Source of the DNA: an uncultured Rubripirellula sp.
GTDB lineage: Bacteria > Planctomycetota > Planctomycetia > Pirellulales > Pirellulaceae
Length of the DNA: 64,000 nt
Assembly (NCBI GenBank): GCA_938085445.1
Contig: CALKGR010000001.1
Location: forward strand, 151,792 to 215,791
Direction of reading: 5' to 3'
A program made the position numbers and the translations under genes. Shown here in pieces: positions 9,066 to 20,529 of the stretch (position 1 is its first letter; every line of letters begins with the position of its first letter). The notes under the pieces are model-generated. The model did no database searches. It was not told where the DNA came from and was given only the letters and a program-made list of their open reading frames with translations.

Positions 9066-10520
9066 CTACTCTTCTTCATCTTTCTTGTACTGATCCAATC
9101 GGCGATACAAAGTACGTGCACCGATTTGAAGGATCTTGGCTGCTTCATCACGGTTGTCGTTTGTAAGCCTGAGTGTTTCCTCGATCGCCCAACGTTCGAT
9201 GACGCCTAATGGCTTCCCAATCAGATCTGAATCCCCTTGGATTGGCATTTGCGGATCGTCCCCGTCTTCCAATGCCTCATCGGCCAACTCTGGTGGCAAA
9301 TCATCAACATCAAGCTTGCCATCAGTATCCAAAACCACCATTGTCTCGACAAAATTCCTCAACTCTCTGACATTACCGGGCCAGTCATAGGAAAAGAAAC
9401 GCTTTGTCACGGCTGGTGTGAAATGTGCCGTTGGCTTCTCGTGACGACGAAGAAATGTTTTTCGAAAATGGTCCATCAATGGCACGACATCCTCAAGACG
9501 ATCACGTAAGGCAGGCAACTCGACCGTCACTACTTTTAGCCGATGGTACAAGTCTTTACGGAACGTGCCAGCTTCAATCATCCCTTGCAGTGGACGATTC
9601 GTTGCTGAGATCAAACGTACGTTCACTTTGATGGTTTTATTGTCACCAACACGCGTGATCTGATTCTCTTCCAAAACACGCAGCAACTTGATCTGAGTAT
9701 TGGCAGGCATATCACCGACCTCATCAAGGAACAAAGTACCGCCATTAGCGTATTGAAAAGCTCCTTCACGGTCAGACACTGCATCAGTGAACGATCCTTT
9801 TACATGCCCGAACAGTTCACTCTCGACAAGATTCTCTGCAATTGCTCCAGTGTTGATTGCTACCATCCGTTTGCTACGCCGTGGACTGTTCTGGTGAATT
9901 GCCTGAGCAATGATCTCCTTCCCCGTACCATTTTCACCGGTAATCAGAACTGTTGCATCGGTGGCAGCGATTCGACGCAACCGATCAATGACCATTTGCA
10001 TCTTCTTGCTGACATAGATGATGCCCTCGAAACCAAACCGCTCATCCAGTCTCTGCAAAAGCTCGGTATTTTTCCGTTTAAGCGAAACCGCCTCCGCAGC
10101 TTTCTCTGCAATTGCTCGAAGCCGGTTGGGAGTGATCGGCTTTTCCAAAAAGTTGAAAGCGCCTTTTTGCATCGCCTCAACTGCCACCGGAACCGTTGCA
10201 TGACCGGTCACCATGACCACTTCGCAGTCCGGTAATCGCTCACGTGCAAGCTTGAGAATTTTCATGCCGTCGACATCGTTCATGACCATATCTGTGATGA
10301 TGATGTCGTAGGTTTCACGTTCCACCAAACTGGCAGCTTCCGGTCCGCTCGTTGCTACTTCACATGTGTAGCCAACTTTTTCCAAACTCTCCGTCATCGC
10401 TCGAGCATGCGCCGCCTCGTTATCAATGACCAGAAGCCTCAAACTGGACGGGTCAAATTCCACCACACGAGGAGACTGGCCGCCGTCTGCCGGAGAGTTG
10501 GACTGATTTTCACTTACCAT
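9066..10520 (-). CDS. Sigma-54-dependent NtrC/AtoC-type response regulator (REC, AAA+, Fis HTH)
   Basis: Receiver Asp in IITDMVM; GENGTGKE; ESELFGH; LFLDEVG; WPGNVREL; C-terminal HTH. Confidence 0.92.
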   Translation of the reverse strand: MVSENQSNSPADGGQSPRVVEFDPSSLRLLVIDNEAAHARAMTESLEKVGYTCEVATSGPEAASLVERETYDIIITDMVMNDVDGMKILKLARERLPDCEVVMVTGHATVPVAVEAMQKGAFNFLEKPITPNRLRAIAEKAAEAVSLKRKNTELLQRLDERFGFEGIIYVSKKMQMVIDRLRRIAATDATVLITGENGTGKEIIAQAIHQNSPRRSKRMVAINTGAIAENLVESELFGHVKGSFTDAVSDREGAFQYANGGTLFLDEVGDMPANTQIKLLRVLEENQITRVGDNKTIKVNVRLISATNRPLQGMIEAGTFRKDLYHRLKVVTVELPALRDRLEDVVPLMDHFRKTFLRRHEKPTAHFTPAVTKRFFSYDWPGNVRELRNFVETMVVLDTDGKLDVDDLPPELADEALEDGDDPQMPIQGDSDLIGKPLGVIERWAIEETLRLTNDNRDEAAKILQIGARTLYRRLDQYKKDEEE

Positions 10521-10579
10521 CGTTGACGCGTGGCCCGGGTACCGAGAGGAAGGATAAAAACTGATTCGCGAACGCACCG

Positions 10580-10599
10580 AAAATTAAGTCTTTAATTTT
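10580..10599. promoter_or_regulatory. Perfect 8-bp inverted repeat upstream of the sigma-54 regulator (candidate operator)
   Basis: AAAATTAA-gtct-TTAATTTT in the intergenic space about 60 bp upstream of the ATG at 10520. Confidence 0.35.
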
Positions 10600-10790
10600 A
10601 GAAAATCTCGGCGTTCATCAACCAGGAAAAGTCGAAAACAGCTTAACAAGCAGGAGAGTCGGCCCATGCCCCTCGTATCTCCGCTCGATCCTGCCGAGAG
10701 GATCCTTGTCCATCATCCCAGCACGTTTAGCTCTTAGGGCAACGGTTCTGCCCATTGAGGCTTTCATCTTCTCTTTCTACTCCCAGCCGC

Positions 10791-13700
10791 TCACAGAGAC
10801 TTCGCATAGCGGCTTTGAAGCGACTCAACTTCCAAATCTGTATCTCGTGTAGCACGCATGGCCCGTACCGCTGCCTCAGCAGCAGCCAGCGTGGTGATGC
10901 AGGGTACCCCATGCTGCACAGCAGCCGCTCGAATGCGACCTTCATCAGTGCGAGCACCTTTCCCACTCGGAGTGTTGAGGATTAGCTGAACATCATCATT
11001 TTTCAGATAATCAATAAGATTGGGGTGACCTTCAGCCAACTTCTTTACCCGAGTCACCTCGACGCCACCTTCTTCCAGTCGTGCCGCCGTCCCCGAGGTA
11101 GCAAGAACTTCGAACCCAAGTTCTCGCAAGTCCGTCCCAATGGCCTTGGCAGACTCTTTGTGACGTGAGCTAAGGCTAATGAAAATTTTTCCAGATTCAG
11201 GTAACAGGCTGCCCGCAGCAATTTGACTTTTTGCAAACGCGAGCGAGAACTTATCGCTCACTCCCATCACTTCTCCGGTACTTCGCATCTCCGGACCCAG
11301 TACGATATCGACACCGGCAAACTTTCGGAAAGGAAAAACGCTTTCCTTGATGGAAACATGTCGCGGAATGGGCTCCTCGGTAATTCCCTGTTCAGCCAGC
11401 GAAATTCCAGCCATGACCTTCGTTGCAATACTTGCCACTGGCACCCCCGTCGCTTTCGCTACAAAGGGTGCTGTACGGGAGGCCCGCGGATTCACCTCCA
11501 GCACGTACAGAATCATACCTTGTTCTTCCGACTTGATAGCAAACTGAATGTTCATCAGTCCAATGACATTCAATTTCTGAGCAAGTTTCTTCGTGGCCTC
11601 ACGAATTTCATTGAGTATCGGTTGCGTCAAACTGAATGGCGGGATTGCACACGCTGAGTCACCCGAATGGACGCCCGCCTCCTCAATGTGCTCCATGATA
11701 CCCATGATCACACAGTCAGTTCCATCTGCGATGGCATCGACATCTACCTCGGTGGCATCCTCCAAAAAGCGGTCGATCAACACAGGTTGCCCATCTGCGA
11801 CCACAAAGGCCTCAGCCACATAACGATCGAATTGGGCTTGGTCATAACAAATTTCCATCGCTCGTCCTCCGAGCACAAAACTCGGCCTGACCAGCATCGG
11901 AAACCCGATCACCTTTGCTTCAACCCGAGCTTCATCCATATTTCGAGCGATGCCGCTAGGCGGTTGCTTCAAACCCAATTCATCAATCAACTGCTGAAAC
12001 AATTCCCTGTCTTCTGCCGCCTCAATGGTGTCAACACTTGTGCCAATGACTGGCACACCTGCTTCAGCTAAACCTCTCGCCAAATTCAGTGGAGTTTGTC
12101 CGCCAAACTGAACAATCACACCATCAGGTTGAATCGCATCACAAACGTTGAGAACATCCTCAATCGTGAGCGGTTCAAAGAACAACATATCTGAGGTGTC
12201 ATAATCAGTACTCACCGTCTCCGGATTACTGTTCACCATGACACTTTCGATCCCAATGTCACGAAGTGCAAAACTTGCGTGGCAGCAGCAGTAATCAAAT
12301 TCGATTCCCTGCCCGATACGGTTGGGACCACCGCCCAGAATCACCACGCGTTTTTTGTCACTCTTGGGGGGTAGTTCATCCTCAACTTCATAAGTGCTGT
12401 AATAGTAAGGGGTATACGCCTCGAACTCTGCGGCGCACGTATCCACACTTTTGAAGACAGGCTTCACACCCAATTCAAGACGTCTGGCCCGAACTTGGGT
12501 TTCAGTTGCAGAGGTAATTTTCGCGATTTGGCGGTCGGAAAAACCATCCCGCTTCGCATCCCACATCTGATCCCGGGAAAACCCGTCGAGCGAACCGATT
12601 TCGATCAGCCGATTTTCATGCTCGATGATCTGAGAAAGATGGTCAAGGAACCAAACATCGATGTTTGTAAGTTCAAACACTTCATCAAGGTTCATTCCCG
12701 CTTTGAGTGCGTACCGGATGTAGAAGATCCGCTCCGCACCAGGAGTACTCAATTTCGCTCTGATCTCATCAAAATCAGGCTGCTGCTCGGTGCCCCACAA
12801 GTCGCGATTATCACTACCCAAACCGAACGCGCCAACTTCCAAACCTCGCATTGCTTTCTGCATCGATTCACGAAACGTACGGCCGATGGCCATGGTCTCT
12901 CCGACACTCTTCATTTGCGTCGTCAGTGTTGCGTCAGCCTCAGGGAATTTTTCGAACGCAAATCGAGGCATTTTCGTGACGACATAGTCAATCGTTGGCT
13001 CAAAGCAGGCCTTCGTTTGCTTCGTGATATCGTTTGGCAGTTCCCATAAGAGGTATCCAATTGCCAACTTTGCTGCGATTTTCGCAATTGGAAAACCGGT
13101 TGCTTTACTCGCCAGTGCACTTGAACGACTAACCCGTGGGTTCATCTCGATGACGATCATCCTGCCTGTTTTGGGCTCGATCGCGAACTGAATGTTGCTA
13201 CCACCCGTTTCTACACCGATCTCGCGAATCACAGCCAACGACGCATCACGCATCCGTTGGTATTCCTTGTCTGTCAATGTCTGTGCTGGCGCCACAGTGA
13301 TTGAGTCACCAGTGTGAACACCCATCGCATCAAAATTTTCGATGCTACAAATGATGACCACATTGTCTTCTCTATCCCGCACGACCTCCATCTCGTACTC
13401 TTTCCAACCGATGATCGATTCCTCAATCAGAACTTCGGTAACTGGAGATTGATCGAGACCATTCTGCACGAGAGCATCAAAGTCATCCTTGTTGTAGGCG
13501 ATTGCTGAACCGCTGCCGCCCATCGTAAAACTCGGTCGCACAACCGCGGGCAAACCAACATCCTGAAGCGCTTCACGCGCATGCTGCAGCGTTTTAACGG
13601 TATGCCCATTGCAGGTATCCAAGCCGATCTTGTCCATGGCAGCTTTGAACTGCTCACGTTCCTCAGCCTTGGCAATGACCGCCGCGTTCGCGCCGATCAT

Positions 13701-14042
13701 TTCCACTCCGTATTTTTCCAATACCCCGTTGGCTTCGAGGTCCATCGCACAATTCAAACCTGTCTGCCCTCCCAGCGTGGGCAACAGCGCATCCGGTTTC
13801 TCCTTGGCGATGATTTTCTCAATCATCTGCCATGTCAATGGCTCAATGTAAGTCGAGTCTGCCGTATCAGGATCCGTCATGATGGTCGCAGGATTGCTGT
13901 TGACCAACACGACTTCGTAACCCTCTTCTCGAAGAGCCTTACAAGCCTGGGTTCCCGAATAGTCAAATTCACAAGCCTGCCCAATGACAATTGGACCGCT
14001 GCCGATAATCAGAATCTTATTGATGTCGTCGCGACGAGGCAC
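10791..14042 (-). CDS. carB: Carbamoyl-phosphate synthase large subunit
   Basis: (M)[29 protein letters not shown]; duplicated ATP-grasp domains; C-terminal MGS domain; GTG start at 14042 fits the canonical N-terminus. Confidence 0.98.
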   Translation of the reverse strand: MPRRDDINKILIIGSGPIVIGQACEFDYSGTQACKALREEGYEVVLVNSNPATIMTDPDTADSTYIEPLTWQMIEKIIAKEKPDALLPTLGGQTGLNCAMDLEANGVLEKYGVEMIGANAAVIAKAEEREQFKAAMDKIGLDTCNGHTVKTLQHAREALQDVGLPAVVRPSFTMGGSGSAIAYNKDDFDALVQNGLDQSPVTEVLIEESIIGWKEYEMEVVRDREDNVVIICSIENFDAMGVHTGDSITVAPAQTLTDKEYQRMRDASLAVIREIGVETGGSNIQFAIEPKTGRMIVIEMNPRVSRSSALASKATGFPIAKIAAKLAIGYLLWELPNDITKQTKACFEPTIDYVVTKMPRFAFEKFPEADATLTTQMKSVGETMAIGRTFRESMQKAMRGLEVGAFGLGSDNRDLWGTEQQPDFDEIRAKLSTPGAERIFYIRYALKAGMNLDEVFELTNIDVWFLDHLSQIIEHENRLIEIGSLDGFSRDQMWDAKRDGFSDRQIAKITSATETQVRARRLELGVKPVFKSVDTCAAEFEAYTPYYYSTYEVEDELPPKSDKKRVVILGGGPNRIGQGIEFDYCCCHASFALRDIGIESVMVNSNPETVSTDYDTSDMLFFEPLTIEDVLNVCDAIQPDGVIVQFGGQTPLNLARGLAEAGVPVIGTSVDTIEAAEDRELFQQLIDELGLKQPPSGIARNMDEARVEAKVIGFPMLVRPSFVLGGRAMEICYDQAQFDRYVAEAFVVADGQPVLIDRFLEDATEVDVDAIADGTDCVIMGIMEHIEEAGVHSGDSACAIPPFSLTQPILNEIREATKKLAQKLNVIGLMNIQFAIKSEEQGMILYVLEVNPRASRTAPFVAKATGVPVASIATKVMAGISLAEQGITEEPIPRHVSIKESVFPFRKFAGVDIVLGPEMRSTGEVMGVSDKFSLAFAKSQIAAGSLLPESGKIFISLSSRHKESAKAIGTDLRELGFEVLATSGTAARLEEGGVEVTRVKKLAEGHPNLIDYLKNDDVQLILNTPSGKGARTDEGRIRAAAVQHGVPCITTLAAAEAAVRAMRATRDTDLEVESLQSRYAKSL

Positions 14043-14492
14043 GTTCTTATTTCCAACGGCGTGGAGCTTAAAAGGTTCATACACAGAACTTACAAGGAGC
14101 CAAACCTCGATTCCAACTTAAGGAATCCTCACTCGCGTCCTCAGCACTCGCAAAATTCCAGACAAACACCGGTAACGGAGCGTGAGATCGACACCTGCAA
14201 ATTGAGGCAGAGGATAGCAGAAAAAAGCCCAGTCGTAGAGGACTCAACCAAACCGCATGCTAAAAGAAGCTGCGGCCCTTCCCGCAGTCACAGCGAAAAC
14301 CTTCTCTTCGGCGCCATTACAGCGTTTTTTCAACGATCCGACTGATCCCCAAACCGCTCCAACCGCAGAAGATTCCCCAAAAAGGGCGGTTCGAATTCCC
14401 GCTAATCGCCCGCGATTCACGAGTACCAAGCTCGTTCTATCCGAAAAACCCGTCTGGACTGGATTTGCATCTGGACTGAATAAGCTTCTGAG

Positions 14493-15413
14493 CTACGGTG
14501 CCGCCTTCTTGTCAGGAACTGTTTCCCCTGATTTCCGACGTACCAGACCATACCGCCACACAAACCCTGAGGCGATGCAGGCTGCTCCTACCAACGTCCA
14601 CCATTGTGGGAACTGATAAGTGGCGTAATTCCGCCACGCCAGAAACGTCCACACCGGCACCGCCACTGGTTCCAGCAACGTAATCAACGACGCCTCGTTG
14701 CTCTCCACTTCTCGAACCGCCCAAGCAAAGATCATGTACGGAATCGCCAATTGAACTGCCCCCAGACAAAACAAAGCGATCCATTGCCCACCGTGTGGTA
14801 GCGGAGCCTTGCCAATGACCAACGGAGCCAGACACAACACACTAACAAGATGATTCACCAAGCCAAGCCAAGCTACATCAACGCCCCGCAGCCGCCGAAG
14901 GGAAACCATGACGACCGCGTACATTAATCCTGAAAAAAGCGCAAGACCAACAGGCCCGGTCACAAGTGACTCGTGTGTCACCCTCGATTCCATTCCGATG
15001 ATGAAAACAATCCCCACCAACGACAATCCCACCATCACCCAATCACTGCGTCGAGGACGATCACCAATGCCAAGCAAACCGGCAACCGCGACCCACGCAG
15101 GCCCAACATACTGCAGCCAGATCGTGGTTGTCTCAGAACCATTCACCATCGCAACAAGAAAAGAATACGTCATTGCGACAAAAGCCATGGACATGGGCAC
15201 CATCGCGATGCGGAACTGTGGACGACGCACAAATGGCAGTACTGTCAAAGCAGCGAAAACAGCACGCCAGAATGTCAACGCAACACCACGTGTCTCCATG
15301 GGCCAATCATCAAACCAAGGAGCCTTGGCATAAAAACCACTTGTACTCCAGAGCAATGCGGCGACGACCACCAGAAGACGCGAACGATCCCGAAGAGAAA
15401 GCTTTGGCATCAA
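14493..15413 (-). CDS. EamA/DMT family transporter
   Basis: About 10 TM helices in 306 aa; ASLITLLEPV motif. Confidence 0.88.
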   Translation of the reverse strand: MMPKLSLRDRSRLLVVVAALLWSTSGFYAKAPWFDDWPMETRGVALTFWRAVFAALTVLPFVRRPQFRIAMVPMSMAFVAMTYSFLVAMVNGSETTTIWLQYVGPAWVAVAGLLGIGDRPRRSDWVMVGLSLVGIVFIIGMESRVTHESLVTGPVGLALFSGLMYAVVMVSLRRLRGVDVAWLGLVNHLVSVLCLAPLVIGKAPLPHGGQWIALFCLGAVQLAIPYMIFAWAVREVESNEASLITLLEPVAVPVWTFLAWRNYATYQFPQWWTLVGAACIASGFVWRYGLVRRKSGETVPDKKAAP

Positions 15414-16351
15414 TTTTCAGTCGCATCAGATTGAGCCCAACTCACCACAATCTGTACAGGCAGATGGTCGCTGGCATAACGGCCGGCAGAAGTTTTTGGA
15501 TCGAGCGTAGACAGTTGTTCGATGCTGATCCGCCCCCGAACAAAGATGTGGTCGATGATACGGCCGGAAGCAATTTCGCGAAAACCATTCCAAGTGCTTT
15601 CAGGACCCGAGACCGCCTGTCTACTCAATACACGAGCATCCTTCAATGATTGATCGCCGACCAAGACCAGATAGGGAGCAGATCGTTGCAAACAATTGAA
15701 GTCACCCATCACAACGCACGGTGTTGCCACAGGCTGCTCGTTGACCACTCGCTTGATCAGCCTTGCACTTTCTTCCCGAGCATTTGAGCCACGATGATCA
15801 AAATGTGTATTGGCGACCCACAACTTTTTCCCGGTGAACCTATCTTTCACAAGCATCCAAGTACAGGTTCTTGGTAGCGACGCGTCCCAACCTGCAACAC
15901 CAACTTTTTCAGGATCATCACTCAACCAAAAAGTTCCCCGCTCCAAGGCGGCGAAACGAGTCCTTCTGATTCCAATGGGTGTGTGCTCGCCACGACTGCG
16001 GCCGTCATCTCGACCCACACCATAAAAATCGAATTCCGGAAGCCGCGCCACCAACGTTTTCAATTGGCCTGAGGTGACCTCCTGCAAGCCGATTAGATCC
16101 TGCTTGGAGAGCAAATCCACCACAGCATCAACACGGTTATCCCACGCATCTTTTCCGTCACGAGCGTTGTCATACCGAATATTAAAAGTCATCAGTTTGA
16201 AGACGTCTGATGATTCGATCACCAGCGTCTCCGCAAAACACACTTTGGTGACCAAACCGGGACTCAAAGCCACCCAAGCCAAGGTGACCAGACTCAACCT
16301 GCGAATGCAGAATCCACAATGCGACGCTCGTGAATTGAACATCAGGCCCAT
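15410..16351 (-). CDS. Secreted endonuclease/exonuclease/phosphatase family protein
   Basis: MTFNIRY, GLQEV, NTHFDH, MGDFN, IDHIF, SDHLPV; start moved downstream of the macB stop. Confidence 0.88.
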   Translation of the reverse strand: MGLMFNSRASHCGFCIRRLSLVTLAWVALSPGLVTKVCFAETLVIESSDVFKLMTFNIRYDNARDGKDAWDNRVDAVVDLLSKQDLIGLQEVTSGQLKTLVARLPEFDFYGVGRDDGRSRGEHTPIGIRRTRFAALERGTFWLSDDPEKVGVAGWDASLPRTCTWMLVKDRFTGKKLWVANTHFDHRGSNAREESARLIKRVVNEQPVATPCVVMGDFNCLQRSAPYLVLVGDQSLKDARVLSRQAVSGPESTWNGFREIASGRIIDHIFVRGRISIEQLSTLDPKTSAGRYASDHLPVQIVVSWAQSDATEN

Positions 16352-16374
16352 CCGAAAGAAAAAGAGACGAAAGC

Positions 16375-17706
16375 TTACTCGTGGCGAAGTGCCTCGATCG
16401 GATTCATCTTCGCTGCACGCACAGCAGGATACAACCCACTGACTAAACCAACGCCAACCGCAATCGCTACTGCCAATGGAATTGTCCAAAGAACAATTGA
16501 AGGCGTCGCCTCACGGATAGGTTGAGGCAAGCTTGAGAATTGCTCGGGAAAACCTTGCTCAAACACCCAAATCAGACCTCCGTACACTGGCAAGCTCAAC
16601 AACCCGAGCAGGATACCCAGGAACGCGCCAACAAAACTGAGCACGATGGTTTCAACGAGAAATTGCTTGACAATATCTCCCTGCTTGGCCCCAAGAGCAC
16701 GACGAATACCAATTTCCCTTGTTCTTTCCGTCACACTGGCCAGCATGATATTCATGATCCCAATACCACCCACAAGCAACGAAATGCAAGCGATCAAAAT
16801 AGCGATCCCGAGAAACAGCAACTTCATATTGCGTGCCTGCTCCAGCAATTCTAGCGGCACCACTACCGCCGTATCGTTCATTTCGCTGTGCTTTGAGGCC
16901 AACAGGCTTTTAATCAGTGCCGCTGAGGGTCGAACTTTTTCCGGCGATGTCGCCTGAAGCGTGATCTGATTCAGTTCCATAATTTCCATCTGGAACTGAC
17001 CACTACGCCTAGTAACGATTGTGTCGCCAATTCTCTTCCGCAGCGTCCGTATGGGAATATAAACATCTGCAGAGAAATCCTGTGAATCAAGAGACCCGCC
17101 AATTGCCGCTGAAGGATTTCTATGCTCGAGGACCCCGACAATTCTGTACTTGTCAGTGTGCTCAGGGACATTAATGCGCTTTCCCAAAGGTTCCTCGTAG
17201 GGAAACAGGGTCTCGGCTACGCCAGCGGAAACCACACACACGGTATCCGCGTTCAAATCATCGGCATCACCAAGAAACCGCCCACCATTCTCCCTTATCT
17301 CAAGGGTGTTCACATCTGCGTAGGCCGGCGTACATCCGACAAGCCGTCCATCAATGGAACGGTCACGATATGTGAATTGCCTTCGAATTTCACGAATGGG
17401 TATTGCCGTTTCGATCGTGGGAACGTTTTCGATAATCCGTTCCAAGTCACTACGGAGCAGGCCATACTGAGTTGCCCGCATGCCTGCAAGCTTGTCTTCG
17501 GGTGGCTTCTGGCTCCGAACGATGATCGTAGTCGAACCGAGCGATTCGATCTGACGTTGCACCTGGTCACTAGCCCCTTGGCTGATAGCTGTCAGAACGA
17601 TGACAGCAGTAACACCGATCATGATACCAATCATGGTCAACGCAGTCCGCAATGGATGCAGTGCGAGGCTCTTGATACCGAGTTTCCAAGTACGCAACCA
17701 AATCAT
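16375..17706 (-). CDS. MacB/FtsX-family ABC exporter permease
   Basis: LRTALTMIGIMIG, GGIGIMNIMLASVTERTREIGIRRALGA, NPIEALRHE. Confidence 0.93.
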   Translation of the reverse strand: MIWLRTWKLGIKSLALHPLRTALTMIGIMIGVTAVIVLTAISQGASDQVQRQIESLGSTTIIVRSQKPPEDKLAGMRATQYGLLRSDLERIIENVPTIETAIPIREIRRQFTYRDRSIDGRLVGCTPAYADVNTLEIRENGGRFLGDADDLNADTVCVVSAGVAETLFPYEEPLGKRINVPEHTDKYRIVGVLEHRNPSAAIGGSLDSQDFSADVYIPIRTLRKRIGDTIVTRRSGQFQMEIMELNQITLQATSPEKVRPSAALIKSLLASKHSEMNDTAVVVPLELLEQARNMKLLFLGIAILIACISLLVGGIGIMNIMLASVTERTREIGIRRALGAKQGDIVKQFLVETIVLSFVGAFLGILLGLLSLPVYGGLIWVFEQGFPEQFSSLPQPIREATPSIVLWTIPLAVAIAVGVGLVSGLYPAVRAAKMNPIEALRHE

Positions 17707-17730
17707 GTCAATTTATTCCCGACGCCATAA

Positions 17731-18546
17731 CTACTCGCGAGCCAACAATTCTTCAACCGCTTCCCGCTGAGCTAATCTGGCGGCCACACGTCGTTCATCA
17801 CTGACCAGCTCGTCCGTGTGTAACATTCCGTCCTTCAAACGCACGATGCGTTTAGCGCGATCAGCTACATCGTCTTCATGGGTGACCAGAATGATGGTTC
17901 GACCTTCATCATTAAGTTGATCAAAGATCGCAAGAATCTCATCGGTTGTAGCCGAATCCAAGTTGCCTGTGGGCTCATCCGCCAGCACGAAGAAGGGGTC
18001 ATTGACGAGACTTCGAGCGATCGCCACTCGCTGCTGCTGACCGCCCGACAATTGCGCAGGCCGGTGGTCGAGTCGATCGCCCAAACCGACACGCTCTGCC
18101 AATTCGATGGCCCTTCTCTTTTCACCTGATCCGAGCCGCCCTTGGTAGTACAGCGGCACCTGAATGTTTTCAACAACGCTCAACTGCTGTATCAGATTGT
18201 ATGACTGGAAAACAAAACCAATGCGTGTGCTTCTGATCTCGGCAAGCTCGTCATCAGTCATCTCAGCAATGTCATCCTCACCGAGATACAGGCTCCCATC
18301 AGTTGGCTTATCCAAGCAACCTAACAGGTTCAATAAGGTACTCTTCCCGCTGCCCGATGGACCCATGATTGCGACATAGTCTCCCTCTGGCACGTCAAAC
18401 GAGACACCCCGAAGAGCGCGGACTGTCTCGCTCTTTAATACATATTCTTTCGTTAAATCCCGAATGGAAGTCGCCATTCGAGGCGTATGTGTTACTGATC
18501 CCGCATCCGCGAGACCAGTTGTACCAAATGGATCATTGCTACTCAT
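17731..18546 (-). CDS. ABC transporter ATP-binding protein (MacB/LolD-like)
   Basis: GPSGSGKS, LSGGQQQRVAIAR, LADEPTGNLD, VTHE. Confidence 0.95.
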   Translation of the reverse strand: MSSNDPFGTTGLADAGSVTHTPRMATSIRDLTKEYVLKSETVRALRGVSFDVPEGDYVAIMGPSGSGKSTLLNLLGCLDKPTDGSLYLGEDDIAEMTDDELAEIRSTRIGFVFQSYNLIQQLSVVENIQVPLYYQGRLGSGEKRRAIELAERVGLGDRLDHRPAQLSGGQQQRVAIARSLVNDPFFVLADEPTGNLDSATTDEILAIFDQLNDEGRTIILVTHEDDVADRAKRIVRLKDGMLHTDELVSDERRVAARLAQREAVEELLARE

Positions 18547-18550
18547 ATCC

Positions 18551-20386
18551 TCAACCCCCACCCATTCGCTTCGTCATCGCTTTCGTAAGCTCTGCCTTGG
18601 TCACAGTGCCATCAGAGTCGGCATCAGCAGAGGTAACCATGCTTCGATATCTGCTATCGATAGCCTTGATTTCATCGGGCGACAGAGAACCATCCCCGTT
18701 TTTGTCGCTGTTTGACATTGTCGCATCGACGATTTTACCGATAGGAGCTCCACCGCCACCCGGTCGTCCACCGCCGCCCGGTCGTCCACCGCCACCCGGT
18801 CGTCCGCCGCCACCCGGTCGTCCACCGCCGTCACCTAGCCGACCACTGCCGCCTGGTCGTCCACTACTTGGGTCTGATTTTCCAGCACCAGCACCTGGCC
18901 GGCCACCCTCAGCACCACTACCAGCTTTGGGTGCACTTGCCAGATCACGCATGCCACTGTTGTCTTCTCGTACGATCTTAGGCAGCTCCATCAGATCCAG
19001 ATGGTCACGGAGATTCAAAACGACGACATCTTTGTCTGCCAAGCCGGTACTGATACTCGCCATTGTATCGTTGGTTGCCTGTATATCCACTTTTGCGGTC
19101 TCGAATTGCTCAGGCCCCTTCATAACCAGAGTGAACATATCAGAACCGTGCTCATAAAGACCCTCGATCGGAATCTGAAGAGCATCATCCAATTGCTCAA
19201 CAAAGATCTGAACCTCGGCAGTCATCCCAGTACGTATATTCTCCGGCGGATTGATGATCTCGATGATCGTCGCGTACTCCTTAATCGATGAACTAAAATA
19301 ACTCCCCGGTTCGGCATATCGATTAACCTTGGTGACGCGGCCAGTGAGTTTCATTCCAGGGATCGCATCAATCGCAATCCTCGCCGCCATCCCCTCTCTG
19401 ATCAACGTAATCCTTGATTCATTAACTTTGCACTTCACTTGCATAAGCGACGGGTCCGGGAGACGAATGATCTCCTGACGCTCGCGAACCGTCGAACCAG
19501 CCTCTACGACGAATTCGGCATTTCCTCCCCGACTGCTGTACCGATTAGCATGCACAACGACACCATCAGATGGCGCGTGCATGATGCACTTGCTAATCTG
19601 TTCATTAATATCAGCCAAGTCAGCTGTTTCTTCCATCAGTTCACTTTGGGCCGCTGACAACGCAGCCTCAGCAGCTTCGATATCACTATCAAACTGCACA
19701 AGCATCTTCTGTTTTGTCAGATTCTGCAAAACCCTGAGCTTACTCTCAGCGACGTCCAACTTGTTCTGTGCATCAGCGACAGCGAACTCGTTTGCTTCCA
19801 AAGTGAGAGCATTCAACAACCCTTTTGCGACCAATCGTTCACTGCTCTGGCTTTGCAGCTTTGCTCTTCGGAGATCCTGTTCGGCAATGGCCTTCTCGCT
19901 CAGAATCTTTTTTTCGTCTGTCATATAAACGCCCTCGAGATATTCCTGCCGCGAAATTTTCGCCTGCTCGAGGTTCGCCTCAGCCGTTGCAAGTCGTGAC
20001 TCGGCCGTAATGACTTGGATCTTCTGTTCCTTCAGGTTCAATTCCAGCTCAGCTGAATCAAGCTCAATGAGTTTTTCGCCTTCCTTGACCTTAGTTCCCT
20101 CCTCGATCACCCATAGAATCGCAGTACCACCACTCCCGCGGGATTTGACCTCACACACGATTTCGGTGTTGCTGCTGCTTTCTACTTCCCCCTGCTCCAA
20201 AACGACATGATCAAAAGGCCCCCGTTTGGCGACCTGAGTAATGAGAGCATCGGGATCCACCGACGTGCCGCTCTGATTCAAAACTACGTAGCCTGCTCCG
20301 CCAATGACAGCAATGAAACACAGGCAAATGATGAGACCGACGAAGGCGTTGCCTTGCCGTTGATCGTGGGGCAATGGAGTATTCAT
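18551..20386 (-). CDS. MacA/HlyD-family periplasmic adaptor with Gly-rich linker and C-terminal EF-hand pair
   Basis: N-terminal TM; barrel-sandwich hybrid (EGTKVKEGEKL ... APSDGVV); coiled coil; RTGMTAEV; DKNGDGSLSPDE and DADSDGTVTKAE. Confidence 0.88.
   Translation of the reverse strand: MNTPLPHDQRQGNAFVGLIICLCFIAVIGGAGYVVLNQSGTSVDPDALITQVAKRGPFDHVVLEQGEVESSSNTEIVCEVKSRGSGGTAILWVIEEGTKVKEGEKLIELDSAELELNLKEQKIQVITAESRLATAEANLEQAKISRQEYLEGVYMTDEKKILSEKAIAEQDLRRAKLQSQSSERLVAKGLLNALTLEANEFAVADAQNKLDVAESKLRVLQNLTKQKMLVQFDSDIEAAEAALSAAQSELMEETADLADINEQISKCIMHAPSDGVVVHANRYSSRGGNAEFVVEAGSTVRERQEIIRLPDPSLMQVKCKVNESRITLIREGMAARIAIDAIPGMKLTGRVTKVNRYAEPGSYFSSSIKEYATIIEIINPPENIRTGMTAEVQIFVEQLDDALQIPIEGLYEHGSDMFTLVMKGPEQFETAKVDIQATNDTMASISTGLADKDVVVLNLRDHLDLMELPKIVREDNSGMRDLASAPKAGSGAEGGRPGAGAGKSDPSSGRPGGSGRLGDGGGRPGGGGRPGGGGRPGGGGRPGGGGAPIGKIVDATMSNSDKNGDGSLSPDEIKAIDSRYRSMVTSADADSDGTVTKAELTKAMTKRMGGG
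18750..18830. repeat. Coding 18-bp tandem repeat (about 4.5 copies) encoding GGGGRP
   Basis: ccaccgccacccggtcgt units starting at 18750, 18768, 18786 and 18804, plus a partial unit at 18822. Confidence 0.9.
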
Positions 20387-20529
20387 AATGCCAATGTGTT
20401 AGGTGGGAAAGTCATGGTGGGATCGAGTCTGATTTAACACCTCGCCGATGGCGAGGTTTCGCGCAACGAAGTAGTCAGAAGACATGATCCCGTCAGATGC
20501 GAAAGAATCCGCCGTGACCAGAGGTATCG

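Noticed and set aside
13581..14616. ORFs 13581-14345 and 14257-14616 on the + strand
   Set aside because: Overlap carB or the EamA gene antisense and show no protein motifs
18369..19157. 262-aa Pro-rich ORF on the + strand (PPPPGR repeats)
   Set aside because: Antisense shadow of the Gly-rich repeat in the MacA-like gene
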